NCBI GenBank assembly: GCA_964252035.1
Contig: OZ176200.1
Length of the DNA stretch: 64,000 nucleotides
Origin: Podarcis erhardii
Lineage: Eukaryota
Reading direction: 5' to 3' (one strand)
The notes under the pieces were generated by a model that saw only the letters and a list, made by a program, of their open reading frames with translations, ran no database searches and was not told where the DNA came from. Position numbers and translations under genes: made by a program. Positions 1-12,359 of the stretch are shown piece by piece. Position 1 is the stretch's first letter; the number at the start of each line of letters is the position of its first letter.

Positions 1-62
1 GCTATTTAAGATACTAGCATTCACACATTAATGAAGTAATGCTCCCCCTCCCAAGATTTTAC

Positions 63-166
63 CAGATGTTGGATGAACCGTAAAGGCTTTGTGAGGCTGA
101 AGATAGTCTATGTGGAACTCAAAATCTATGGGACAGCTGCACTCCAGGGGAATCACATATTCTTTA
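63..166 (-). CDS. CFAP221: CFAP221 coding exon 6 (104 nt)
   Basis: (C)[34 protein letters not shown](G); ttccag| acceptor and |gtaaaa donor. Confidence 0.96.
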
Positions 167-1500
167 CTGGAAAAGGTGATACAGGACAAAAGAATCAGAA
201 ATAATTACATTGATGTTCATTAGCACATCTGCCCACTCCTGGGCAGCATGACGGATAGAAATGTACTGAGCAGGTAAGTACAAACCCCTCCTTAGCCTTG
301 GAAAGTAACCTTAATCCAACTGTTAAACGGAAAAATTTGGCTCTTTTCATGCTGGTAGCAGCTTGAGATGGCTACTGGTCAGCAATGGAAGTCTTCTATA
401 GACTTTTATGGAAGTCCAAAGAGACCTGGATCAGTAATGTTTGGGACTGATCACTGGATCCCAAACATATTCAGTTCTATGTTGTGATGCCCTATCTTTT
501 CTGAACTGGTTGCTGTTCTTTCTGCAATTATTTTTAGTCTGACTCTGCACTAAGTGATGTAGGGCCTTTATATATAACTGGATTTGATTTTGTGTAGTTA
601 CACAAGTTGTTCTTTCCTGATATATTGAAATAATAAAAATAAATGTGGGAAACGTAAGTACAAAGAGACACGAATATGAAACCCTTGTCAAATTAATGCA
701 ATATATGAACCAGAGACAGGTGACAATAAAGTAGTATTTTTATTAAAATTAGCAATTCCTGGAAGAGAAAAAACACAATAATCTGCAAAACAATCATGTA
801 TTTAATTTGCTCTGATGATGTATTTTTTTCATTACCGTATTATCTTGAATGAAAATTTATATTATTTTATGAAAATAATAAGAAAGAAAAGGCAGCTGTG
901 ATGTTTTCATGGGTAAAAAGCAGTCATCATTACAGTGTTTTTAATTTATATGAGGCTTGGGCAGAAGGTAAATCTTTGGGTAGTTTTCTCTAGATCAACA
1001 AGGATTTCTGACACCAAATTGTTTAATAACAGACGAAATGGGATAACCTGCCTAGCCCAGCAAATTCTACTGCTGAAACGACAGAAGCTTGAGATAACCA
1101 GCAGTGGGTCCTTGCATGGAAACACTGTGAGTTCCTGGACTGATAATTCTTTAGTTCCAAGCATGAGTCTTTTGCACCAGGTTTTGCTCTGTGTATCTCA
1201 GGGTTCTAGCAAAAAAACAAATGAGATCCTGCGAGCCTGGGGTCCCACTGGACTCAATGGGGCTTACTTCCGAGTAGATGTGTATAGAATTGTACTGCAC
1301 CTCCTGAATTAAAAATTGTGTGACCTTATAGATCAGGTGTTTTAGAATTTAGTTTTCAACAAACTCCTCTGACAGTCACTCAGGTTGTAGGTCAGTTTTG
1401 ACTACTACACCCCATAAAGATCCCCCACTTGCACACTGCATGTATAAATAGATCAACAGAGAGAAACTACATCCATTTTTATCTAGACTGAGCAGCACTC

Positions 1501-1582
<82 letters not shown>

Positions 1583-4500
1583 TAGTATTTCTACCCAGTC
1601 CATCTGGCTGGATTTCCCCAGCCACTCTTGGTGGCTTTCAACAGAACATTAAAAGCAGAAGAAAACTTCAAACATTAAAAACTTCCCTAAACAGGGCTGC
1701 CTTCAGAAACTTGACTTCTCCATCTGTGGTTATAAGAGGTAGCATCCAGGACGGATAACATGAAACTATTGGAACCGTTATCCAGCTCTTGCTTAGTTAC
1801 ATCTGTTGATATCAATAAGGCTTATTCACAGGTTATTGGGATTAGACTCATCTTCTCAGCCAATGATTAGACGCGTATCCTAAGCTTAAAAAGAAGCTTT
1901 GGATTCCTAGCTGGCTGACATCCGGATGCCCTGTGCATTTTCCAAAAGCCAAGCCTATCTGTAAGGATTTTTGCATGTCTGGTTTTAACTAGTCAAAACA
2001 AAATGACTTAGAAAAACACAGCATATTCTTCACTTTGTTAAAAAAAAATTATTATTATTTTTTACTCAAACTCCTCCAACATTCTATAAACTGTTGACTA
2101 AAATCCTGTCTAGCTGATTAATAAGGAATGTAGTTTATATGTAGTATTGCCTTGAAACTTTTTCTTTTTTTTTAAGTTTGGATGAAGAAGAGATTTCCTG
2201 CTTGATAGGTTTTTAACATTTCCAATTTGGGTAGCAACTGTGGCCTTCCTAAGAAGGAAGGCATGGGTGGACAGGGTGAGATGGGTGTGTGTGAAAAATG
2301 GAATTGATCATGGGACTCAGGAGAGAATTTTTTTAAGACTAAACTTACTTTCACTTAACGAACAGGATTTGTAAGAATATATATATATAGTTAAAAGCAA
2401 AATGGTTCCAATGAGGCCTGTGCGTAGATGCTACACACACACTATACCTTTAAAGCACATTCAAAGGGCCTTTCATGCATCGGGAAGTCATAGCTCAAGG
2501 GTTTAGCATCATAGAATTGCAGAGCTGCATGACCCAAGGTTCATCTAATCCATGGGTAGGCAAACTAAGGCCTGGGGGCCAGATCCGGCCCAATCGCCTT
2601 CTAAATCCGGCCCGCGGACGGTCTGGGAATCAGCATGTTTCTACATGAGTAGAATGTGTGCTTTTATTAAAATGCACCTCTGGGTTATTTGTGGGGCATA
2701 GGAATTTGTTCATTTTTTCCTTCAAAATATAGTCTTGCCCCTCACAAGTTCTGAGGGACAGTGGACCGGCCCCTTCTAAAAGTTTGCTGACCCCTGATCT
2801 AATCCAAACCCCAGCAATGTAGGAATCTCAACTAAAACATCTATGACTGATGGCCATCTTTCCTCTGCTTTAAAACCCACAATGAAGGAGAGTCCACCGC
2901 CTCCCGAGGGAGACTGTTCCAACTGTCCAACAGCTTTCACTGCCAGAAAGTTCTTCATGATGTTTAGTCGGTATCTCCTATCTTGTAACTTGAATCCATT
3001 GGTTTGAATTCTACCCTCTGGAGGAGGAGAAAACAAGCTTGCTCCACCTTCCATGTGACAGCCCTTGAGATATTTGAAGATGGCTATCTCATCTCCTCTC
3101 AGTCTCCTCTTTTCCAGGCAAAACATCCTCAACTCCCTCAACTGCTCCTCATAAGACTTGGTTTCCAGACCCTTGATCATTTTGATCGCCCTTCTCTATA
3201 CATGTTCCAGCTTGTCAATATAGAGCATCTGTTTTGCATATAGGAGGTCCTATGTTAAATCTCTGGCATCTCCACGTATGACTGGGAAAGACTCCCTTCT
3301 GGAACCCTGGAGAGTCTCTGTTAATTTATGTAAACAATACTGAAACTGGTGGGTCAATGGTCTGATTTGTTATAAGTCAGCTTCGTTTGTTTCTAGAATA
3401 CATCATCTCTGTACTATAACTCTGTAGTAAGAACACAGTGCTGATGAAAAGCATTTATACAACCAAGGCTACCGTAGTGGCAGAATACTGCTGGAATATA
3501 AACACTGTCTCTCAGAAATCTCATCAACCTTGGAGAAATACAGCATTACAGTTGCAGATAATCTTTCAGAATAATCAAATATATTTTACAATGCCTGCCC
3601 ACTGAAAGCACACTGCTATGGTAAAACCAGATGCAATTGTATTTCCTGATTGAGTTAATATCATATGAAAAGGTACTCTGTTTCGTTCGGCCCTCTCCCC
3701 AACCCATCACATTAAGCTAATTATTTTAGCAACACATGAGAAACAGTTTAATTTTTTAAAAATCATAACAGCTTACCATTGTCCTAGAGAAACATCAGAT
3801 AAATTAATGAAGGATGGAAATTCTACAGTGTTCATCACAGGATAGGCATGTAGAGGAACCAGCAACGTGTCATCTCCCTGGAGGGAAAACCAAGAAGGAA
3901 ATTACATAGACTGTTACAAGAGATAAATATTAATTGACATGCTCTGGGGTGGTTGCTAACCGGCTCCTCTTGTACTACTGAGTTACAAGAACCAAGGTTA
4001 CGTGGACTGCAGGAATTTTGTGAAAAATGACTGGCTTTCAATAGAGAATAATGGAGATGCCTCCCCTATCATTATAGGAACATACACAATGTAGGGGAAA
4101 GATCTTCAGTCTGATTTTATACATGTTTACCAAGATGCAAGACTTACTTATTATCAGAACAATTGTTTATTATTTATAAAAAGTGCCAAATATATATTAG
4201 GCACTGTGCAGCAACAGACAAGAGAGGTCTCTGACTACAGGGTCCCTTTGTGTGTGTGTGTGTGTGTGTGTGTGCGCGTGTGCGCAGGATTATGGCCTTA
4301 TTCCATTCTCAGATATGAGAACATGGAAACAGATTTAGACAGCCATATGGCCAAATCAGTATGCTTTCTGCCTAAATCAGGGATGGGAACTTTTTTTAGC
4401 CCAAAACCAGAGAAATCATCATCATCATCAAACCTTTTATTGGCATCACATACAAACATCCAAAGCAAATCAATACAGAATTACCACTTCCCCAGTGGCA

Positions 4501-7500
4501 CAAAACATTTGCTAAAAGAAAGGAGGCAGAGCAGTCTAAACCAGAGAAATTGATGTGGCTTTTAAAATTGTACAGTGGGCTACATTCCAGCCCCACATGC
4601 CAGTGGTTTTTATAAACAACCTTGCAGTTTGAAAGCATGCCAGTACAAGTAGATAAATAGATACCACTGCAACGGGAAGGTAAACGGTGTTTCCGTGTGT
4701 TCTGGCACTCGTCATGGTCCTCTAAGCACCAGTAGTTTAGTCATGCTGGCCACATGACCTGGAAAACTGTCTGTGGACAAATACCTGCTCCCTCGACCTG
4801 AAGCAAGATGAGCGCCCCACCCAAAGTCACCTTTGACTGGACTTAACCGTCCAGGGGTCCTTTACCTTTTTGCCTTATACAGAGATATATCTCTCCATCC
4901 AATGGTGATAAATGACATTTTTTTTGCCTTTAAAGGCATGTTTCTAGTCCTCTTGGGGATGAGGAAAAACTGAAAAACATAGAAGCTTTCCTGAAAATGT
5001 TCAACATTCTAAGAAGCTTCATTTTTATTTTTCTGCAGCACTGAGTTGAATTTCCCATGCAAATTTCACAAGTGTACTTCCTATAAGGAGACTGCAATCC
5101 ATTCCAACAAAAAATTGCTGCATTTGAGTGAAAAAATGACCAGTTTTGAGGATTTTAAAAAACCTGAAACCATTGTTCTTCTGAACACTTCTATTTTGTA
5201 TTTCAAACCAAACCAGACACTCCTAGTATTTCCTCATTAGGTTCACATTAGACCTCTGTTTGCTCCTCCCTCCCCCCAAATTCAGTGTGTTATCTCTTCA
5301 CTGAGGGTAGAACAAAATAACACAAAGGAAAGGAATGAATAATACAGACTGACAATACAGTGAATAAAATTGAGTATTATTAATCTGTAAGATCAATCCA
5401 TTATTTTTATATATCATGGAGTACAACAACATTTATTTCACTCATACAAAGTAAGGAGGAGGCCACATATACATTCCCCCCCCTTGTGGTGTCTTACCTG
5501 AGAATGGATTCTAAGGCAGTCATAATAGTATCGCCATTCATCAGCACAGAAATCAACCGTAATTGTGAAGGACAAGCCAGGGACAAGCCGTTGCTGTAAA
5601 ACAGAGAACGGTAATTTCCCAAGAAGTGCCCAGCTGCCATTTATATTGCAATGTGAAAATGGAAAGTGGAGAATTAAATGCAAATGATGAGAAGGTTACT
5701 ACTGACACTTACTATTTTGCTGTATTTGATCTGAAAGTACTTTGTCTCCGGTGGAATAACATGGAAATTTATAACTTCGCTTGAAATATTCAGAAGTTTC
5801 TGCAGAACAAAATAAGCAGGGTTTTTTCTGCCTTTCATTTTAAGAACAAACATCTATGTTTTAAAATCTTAAGTGACAGTCTAACTGTAATGAATTCAAA
5901 GTGCTATCTAGTGAGCTTTGGAAAATAGTTCCTTGACCGATCATTTCCTTCAGTATTGTTCTTACGGGTTTTCTCCCCCTTTGTGTTTGCAAATGAAATA
6001 GAAAAGATATTCAGAAAGTGATCAAAAGACAGTGGCCGCATTTCTATATTATGCTTACACTACGGTTTAGAGACACTTTCATGAGCAGGAAGGAGCTACA
6101 GCAAGTTTAGAGCTGGCACACCACTTGCTGCCCTGGTCCAAGGAGAAGCTCTGGCAGCATTTTCACTTCCCTTGAATCTTGTTTTGTGTCTAAGGATGGG
6201 GGAGAAATCTATTTTTAAATGGATTTAGACATAGATTTTCACGGTTCTGACCAATCGAGTTCAATTCCTAATGAATCACCTCTTGCATCAAATGCTGGCT
6301 TATGTCCCAGCCACTTTTACACTATATTACATAAAATATGCAAGAATTGTTTGAAGCTTCAGAGGAACCAGGGTGGAGAATTCACTTCCTGTCAAAATTA
6401 AGGAGCAAGACGGGAATTAGAAAAAAATAAATCTGTGTGGATAGGCTTGACATAGAGATTTTTCTCTAGCTGTGTTGTTTCCCAACCTTGGGCCTCCAGC
6501 TGTTTTTGAACTACAATTCCCATCATCCCTGATCACTGGTCTTGCTAGCTAGGGATGATGGGAGTTGTAGTCCAAAAACAGCTGGTGGCCCAAGGTTGGG
6601 AAACACTGGTCTAACCCAAGGAATTGTAGTTTACCGCCAGCTGCAACTAGTTTAAACAAGCCAGCTTAATAAACCATGATTTTGAATCTGACAGTGGCTT
6701 GCTCTAAACCATGGTCCCTTCTATGGATGGCATGACAATTCGAGATCCAGTGAAACAAAAAGCAGATGCTACCAAAGTCCTTTTCCCAACTGTACAGGAG
6801 GGGGAGCGGGGAGAATAAGAATGTCCAAGTCCAGGATGCTCTGTGGCTCCGTCCTGCTCATGCACATCTTGAGACTAAACCATAGTTTAGTGTGATGAGC
6901 ATAGGTGGCCAGTGGGCAATTCCAGGTGTAATTATTTCATTTCAGTCCGCTACCTAACAACACCATTATTACTTACCAGTACTTGCTGGTGATGTTGTTC
7001 CTTTATATACCCTCCAAAGTGCATGATGGCAGGTTTAGCCTGTATGACATCATTTCTTAGAAGCTTTCTAAATATCTCTGAAAAGAGAAGGAAAAAAGAA
7101 TGAAAGAAATCAGAAGCAATAATTGGTATACTGAGTCAGATCAGCTGGATCAGAGCTCAATTAAAATTAGCGGTGACTAATGCATTCCATTTGTTTTGAT
7201 GAGGCTTAGCTGTGATTAGCTTAGGTAGATCGGTGCCACAGTCTAATCAGTCTACCTTCTTTGTCGAAAAAGCTATCAGGGACCCGCTCCCAACCTGCTC
7301 ATTGCTATCAGCCTCACCACACTAACCCAGATGTTGTCTTTTTGTAAGTCTCCTCGCTTCCTGCCTGGGCTAAGTGGGCAAAGGATTTAGCAGCCATTCT
7401 GCCTGCATAGCAGCAGTGTATCTCTGGATTGCTTGGCCAACTAGTCAACTTCATTAGGAGCAAGACTGAAGGTCTTTCAGATTACGTATTTGTTAAGCAT

Positions 7501-7971
7501 TCAGAGAGATTAGATAACCTTGGTTTATTTAATAAGCGTTTCCTCTTATTTGTTCGCAAGGAAATGGTATTGTATCAAAGCAAGTATTACCCCCCCCTCC
7601 ACTATCCAATGTATTGCCCCATTTCTTAGCTTCTTCCAATAAGTCTAAACTTTTAGAAGATAGTTTTTTTGTGTAAGAACTCCCAATCAAATATAACAGC
7701 ACAACCTGGATTTCTTGGTAATGAACCTTGCACCCCACCGAAAACAGTTAACATTTGGAAGCACCCAAAGGCCTTCAAAAACCTATAAATCAGTAAGTCC
7801 CGCCTGCATAAGAATATACAATCACCTACTGGATTCCACAAGGCGATTGGGGACATCAGTTGGTTCCTTAGTATCATCCACCAGGCTGTCCAAAAGGAGA
7901 GACTGCAGTTTCTCAGGGGTTTCTTTGGTGTTGCTGAAGTCTTCGGAACAGGCTGATTTCACCACTTCCAT
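63..7971 (-). CDS. CFAP221: CFAP221/PCDP1 (cilia- and flagella-associated protein 221), 5' part; join(7971-7830,7077-6977,5799-5713,5593-5498,3877-3777,166-63); continues left of the window
   Basis: Six exons with GT-AG boundaries and consistent phases splice into MEVVKSA...[16 protein letters not shown]...HFGGY...QQVL-KLLNISS...[71 protein letters not shown], matching recalled human CFAP221. Synteny with SCTR agrees. Confidence 0.96.
1501..1582. repeat. (AAT)16AA directly abutting TT(ATT)10, forming a spacer-less palindrome
   Basis: Read directly from the sequence. Confidence 0.97.
1551..1712 (-). mobile_element. L2-type LINE 3' end with (TAA)n tail
   Basis: CCATCTGGCTGGATTTCCCCAGCCACTC...AACTTCCCTAAACAGGGCTGCCTTCAGA; a reverse-orientation homolog lies at about 51505-51655. 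Confidence 0.7.
2505..3221 (-). mobile_element. CR1 LINE 3' fragment (ORF2 C-terminus and 3'UTR), interrupted by a hAT MITE
   Basis: [33 protein letters not shown]...FKYLKGC is the CR1 ORF2 end; CR1 tail ATTCTATG. Confidence 0.92.
2551..2796 (+). mobile_element. hAT non-autonomous MITE (family A), 246 bp
   Basis: TIRs CATGGGTAGGCAAACT / AGTTTGCTGACCCCTG; perfect 8-bp TSD ATCTAATC (2543-2550, 2797-2804). Confidence 0.9.
3243..3392 (+). mobile_element. tRNA-derived SINE, Squam2-like, 5'-truncated and old
   Basis: Similar to the copy at 50333-50512 (CTGGCATCTCCA...CCCTGGAGAG...CAATGGTCTGA). Confidence 0.55.
3777..3877 (-). CDS. CFAP221: CFAP221 coding exon 5 (101 nt)
   Basis: [33 protein letters not shown]; ctccag| acceptor and |gtaagc donor. 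Confidence 0.97.
4618..4871 (+). mobile_element. Sauria SINE, 5'-truncated
   Basis: AGTAGATAAATAG...GGGAAGGTAAACGG...GTCATGCTGGCCACATGACC...GGGGTCCTTTACCTTT, shared with the full-length copies. Confidence 0.88.
5498..5593 (-). CDS. CFAP221: CFAP221 coding exon 4 (96 nt)
   Basis: [32 protein letters not shown]; tttacag| acceptor and |gtaaga donor. Confidence 0.97.
5713..5799 (-). CDS. CFAP221: CFAP221 coding exon 3 (87 nt)
   Basis: [29 protein letters not shown]; ctgcag| acceptor and |gtaagt donor. Confidence 0.95.
6473..6608. mobile_element. Palindromic foldback MITE
   Basis: 55-bp arms at 6476-6530 and 6551-6605 with 3 mismatches and a 20-nt loop; degraded relatives near 31065, 35890, 46480, 55535. 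Confidence 0.8.
6977..7077 (-). CDS. CFAP221: CFAP221 coding exon 2 (101 nt)
   Basis: ttttcag|AG acceptor; [33 protein letters not shown]; |gtaagt donor. Confidence 0.95.
7830..7971 (-). CDS. CFAP221: CFAP221 first coding exon (142 nt coding; exon acceptor at 8017, 46 nt of 5'UTR)
   Basis: ATG at 7971; [47 protein letters not shown]; donor A|GTAGGT. Confidence 0.9.
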
Positions 7972-8370
7972 CTTCTTGTGGTTAATACAACTTCCCAGGC
8001 ATCAAAATGATAATTCCCTGTAATCAAATGCAAAAATATAGTAGTAGTACATATGAAAATCCTACATGCACAAACACACTTGTTGCACAAATTCCTAGTC
8101 GAAAGTTCAATTCCTGCTGCCATGGATGACACTGTTACACAGCTTGCTGAGCATTTCCAAGGAATCCGCCCCCCTTAAAACCAACAAATGCTTTATAAGT
8201 AGGATATTAGATTCATTCATAATGGCCATAGCAACATGCAGATAACTCCACTAATTATACAAACCTACCTGCCCATGTATATCTATGTAATTATTTTATG
8301 GCAGGAGAAAAACCCAACAACAATTTTTAATGACACTTCCTTGTTTAGTTGCCTGAAGGTGATTCTCACT

Positions 8371-8614
8371 GAGAGCCAGTGTGGTGTAGTGGTTAAGAGC
8401 GGTAGTCTCGTAATCTGGAGAACCGGGTTCGCGTCTCCGCTCCTCCACATGCAGCTGCTGGGTGACCTTGGGCCAGTCACACTTCTCTGAAGTCTCTCAG
8501 CCCCACTCACCTCACAGAGTGTTTGTTGTGGGGGAGGAAGGGAAAGGAGAATGTTAGCCGCTTTGAGACTCCTTCGGGTAGTGATAAAGCGGGATATCAA
8601 ATCCAAACTCTTCT
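8371..8614 (+). mobile_element. Squam3-type tRNA/CORE SINE, full length
   Basis: Box A TGGTGTAGTGG, box B-like GGTTCGCGTC, CORE-like GGTGACCTTGGGCCAGTCAC, tail (CTT)n; family name is from recall. Confidence 0.75.
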
Positions 8615-8943
8615 ACATGGCATACACAACAAGCAGGGGGCTTTTTACAAATCTGTTCTATAATCCTTCCTTCCCCAAACTCACTCATCTGGGAACAGGG
8701 TAGACACTGAAGGGTATGTCTCAGTTCCCTCAGCAACAGGTTTGTAGAACAAAGTTTAGTAGGGGGCGGGGGAAGGCTTAAACCTTAATAGGAGCTGAAA
8801 TCTAGACCCTGTCAGATTATTACATCTCTGCTCAGAGATCTGCAACAGCTACTGGTTTGTTACCAGGCCAAATTCAAGGTGCTGCTATTAGTATAAAAAC
8901 CCCTTAACACCCTGCAGCCTGTTTACTTGGAGGACTGCCTCAC

Positions 8944-9089
8944 CAGTGCTATTTTTCGAAAATGAGAGAGGGCTGGTGGTGCTGGAACTCACCATGAACA
9001 CCTCCCCTATTTTCTCAGAATGGCAATGGCACCCACCTGAGAAGTGCCAGAACTGAGTTCTGGCAAGTTTCGGCTGGAAAAAAGCCCTG
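8944..9089 (-). mobile_element. hAT MITE (family B)
   Basis: Reverse homolog of 10825-10961 and 35311-35438. Confidence 0.75.
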
Positions 9090-10824
9090 GCAGTGCCGCC
9101 CCCCTCCCCGTATGTGCCTGCTCCAATCTATGGAACTGGCATTTTTACAAGTGCCATATGACATGACAATAGACACCTTTGCTGTTATTAATTCCTACTA
9201 AATACATTTCTGTTTAGGGAAGCCTACCCAGAAATGTAAACTTGATGTTTATTTAAATATGTAATTCTGGGAGGAATTCAACGTAGCACTAACCAGACTG
9301 CTGTCAACGCAAGCATTTCTGCTTGACTGATGGAACAAACGGTCCTCTCTTTCCCTGCTGTGCTGTTATTGGGGTTCTCTCCCCCCCCCGAGCCAACTTG
9401 GGGCGCACAGGGGAAGGAAAGCGTGGAAAGCCCTACTGAGTCAACAAAGTCCTTGTGCAGGCTTCTGCTAGCAGGACTTGTTAGCTGAATCCAGCCCCTT
9501 ATTTTAGAATGCATTTTTTTTTTTAAACCTGCTGATTTCTTCCTATACATACATAATACATAAAATGTTGAGCTGCCATTGTGCAGATCCCATTGGGGTA
9601 CTGGTAGCACCTTACCACAATCCTGGATTTGCATGAAGTCAAGAAAGGGGATGGGGGGGGGGGAGAGAGAGAAGGCAGTTTACCAAATTAACAGACCTAA
9701 TAAGAAGTCACTCAAAAGAAAGATTAAGGAGAGAATGGGATGTCTTTATAAATTGCATGGAAAAAGAAGGCTTCCAGAGCATCACTTGGCTTAGCGTAGA
9801 CTAAACCCTACTGGCAATCAGAATGTTTCTCCGAGACTTACCATCTAAATACAGTTATCTGTAAAAAAAAAATAAAATGATTTACTAAGTACGTTCATGG
9901 ATAGCGGGAAGTCTTGATTCGAATTAAGGAGTCAAGCCAAAGCTGTGTAAAGAAGGCTTGTACTCCCTATGTAGAAGTTAATTTGAAAATATTTGTTTTT
10001 TGAAGTTAGTTATCTATTTTTTGTTTTTATTCTTTTTCTTTTCTGTTTCTTTTCATTTTATTTATGTATAATGGCTGTATCTATGAGTATTTGCCATTTC
10101 TCAGCAAACAATCTGACACATCAGACACACAAATTAAGGCTTCATCACAGAAATCCAGACAGTAATGTTAATTATAATTGCCAAACTTCATTAACTTTAA
10201 GAACCTCATAATGGCTCAAATGCTTTAGAGTAAGTCAACAATCCATAATTCTGTCACATAAAAGGATCACAATTCAGATATACTCTTATGCTTAAGAAAC
10301 AGGTCCTGACCAAACAAATGTAATGTACAGAAAGTTTATTTCCATCCATCTCAGAATGTTCCAGGAAACGAACATGAGCTGCTCTCAAGGTCCATCTGAT
10401 TATTTTTTTAGAGTATGATAAATTAATCTCCTAGGGCAATCTTTTAAAAATATCTTAATTTTTCCAACTTCCTCTTCATTTGTTAGACATTAATATGTGG
10501 AGTTATAGTAACGGCATTTGAATTCCCTGCTTTAAATAACTTTAGAATGTGTTGTTTACTTAATGAAGACAATTACAAAAGGCAGCAGCAGCGGTTAAGA
10601 GGAACTGCAGGTCCAGTTGAAGTAAGCAGAGTTATCTAAATGTAAATAGAGCCTGGGGCTTGCCACAGAAAATTAAATAATAAACCGTCTGTTGGGTTCA
10701 CAAAACATCTGCTGGGCATCTGTCACAGCCAACCCCTTCATGACATCGCAAAACCAGGTGAAGCCTTGGAACAGAAAGGGAGAGAAAAGGAGCAAATCTT
10801 TTGGGTGGAACTACATGTTAAACT

Positions 10825-10961
10825 GAGGACATTTTTTCCAGCCGAAACTTGTCAGAACTCAGTTCCGGCACCTCTCAGGTGGGCGCCATTGCCATTATAA
10901 GAGAACAAGGGAGGCATTCATGGTGAGTTCTGGCTCCTCTTTTCCTAGAAAAATAGCACTG
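10825..10961 (+). mobile_element. hAT MITE (family B)
   Basis: Ends AAAATAGCACTG; near-perfect 8-bp TSD GTTAAACT/GTTATACT. Confidence 0.78.
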
Positions 10962-11317
10962 GTTATACTTGACATAAAGTGGACACTGAAACAGCATCCC
11001 ACTTTCAAATTGGCCCGCTCCGCCCCACAATGCTTACCCGGTATCTTGATGATACTGTCACACATTCCCGAGCCGAACTACATAAATGATGGCTGCAGCC
11101 AGAAGGGGAATGAGGCCAGCAATACTACCCAAACTGAGGGAGAGGGGAGATGAACTGCTGCTTTTGGTACCAACCCTGTGCTATGTGCTTCTCGCACAAC
11201 ACAGCTTCCTCACCTATCTATTCTAAAATAGGTTGTATGTGCCATATTGGAACATACTGTTTATGGTGGGAAATAGAGAACAATGTACCTTAAAAAATAA
11301 AGTGTGTGAGAACTTGT

Positions 11318-11420
11318 GTCTAGGACTCAGAAGACCTGGGTTCAAATTCCCAACCAGCCATGAAGGTCTCTGGATGAGTTTGGGCCACACACTCCAGCTC
11401 ATCTCAACCACCCTTTGTAT
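11318..11420 (+). mobile_element. Old Squam3/MIR-like SINE fragment
   Basis: GACCTGGGTTCAAATTCCC...CCATGAAG...GGATGAGTTTGGGCCA. Confidence 0.5.
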
Positions 11421-12359
11421 AGTAGAATCTCAAGAGAACATGGACTCTTAAAAAAATATAAGGATGGGACAAACTTCCACAGGTATTTCTAGAAGAGTGA
11501 TAGCCAATCATTTGGGCAAGGACACTATGCAGTATTACAACTCCAATCCACACTACCAGAGTGCATATAAAATTCTCCTTGTATCCAGAGGCAGGTGTAT
11601 CTTTAGCTAGTAACAGGGCAGCACTGAAGAGAAAGGAACAATAGCAGGCCATTATCTAAGGCCACAGGACCTCTTTCTCAAGCACCCTTGTTGAAGTGCA
11701 CTACCAACACCCCTGCCCCTTATGGCACCCATGCCACAGGCTGGTCACCTGTACTCGACAATCTGCTGCCTGAAGCAGTAGACATGTATGGCCCTCAAAC
11801 TAACATTTGTGCCATGTTGGCAACCCCTGGGTGTTGTCTGCAGTTGCTCATGTAGAAACTCTCTACAAGCCGAGTTAGTGGTTAAGGAGGCCGATGAGGC
11901 CTGAGCCTGCATAGAGAAGCAACCCAATTCTCCAGGAGCTAAAAAGGACCACATGCCAAATATTTAGTCTACAATGCACTGGGCAGTGGGATACCAAGGG
12001 TGGCACTAAGGGGGTGTCAGGGTGGCATAAATGACTATCAGGCTGTAGGAAACTGGCGTCATCGGTGGATCAAATCCCTCAGTTATGTTGAATTAAACTA
12101 AAAAGTTTTAATTGGATTCTGAAGAAACACGCAATTCATTGTTCCTGTTCTAAATTTTATGATGCGGCTTATGCAAACCGTTATTTTGAATAATGCCTTT
12201 TAAGAGGACACTAGGAATGAGTTTGTGGAACTAAAAGGGGTGGGAAGCAGCCTGAGAAAAGTTTGGGAACCATTGCATTGCACCCTAGAATAGACCATAC
12301 TGGGACAGATGGGGAAAGAGTTGCAATGATAACAACAACAACAACAACAAACCCACACC

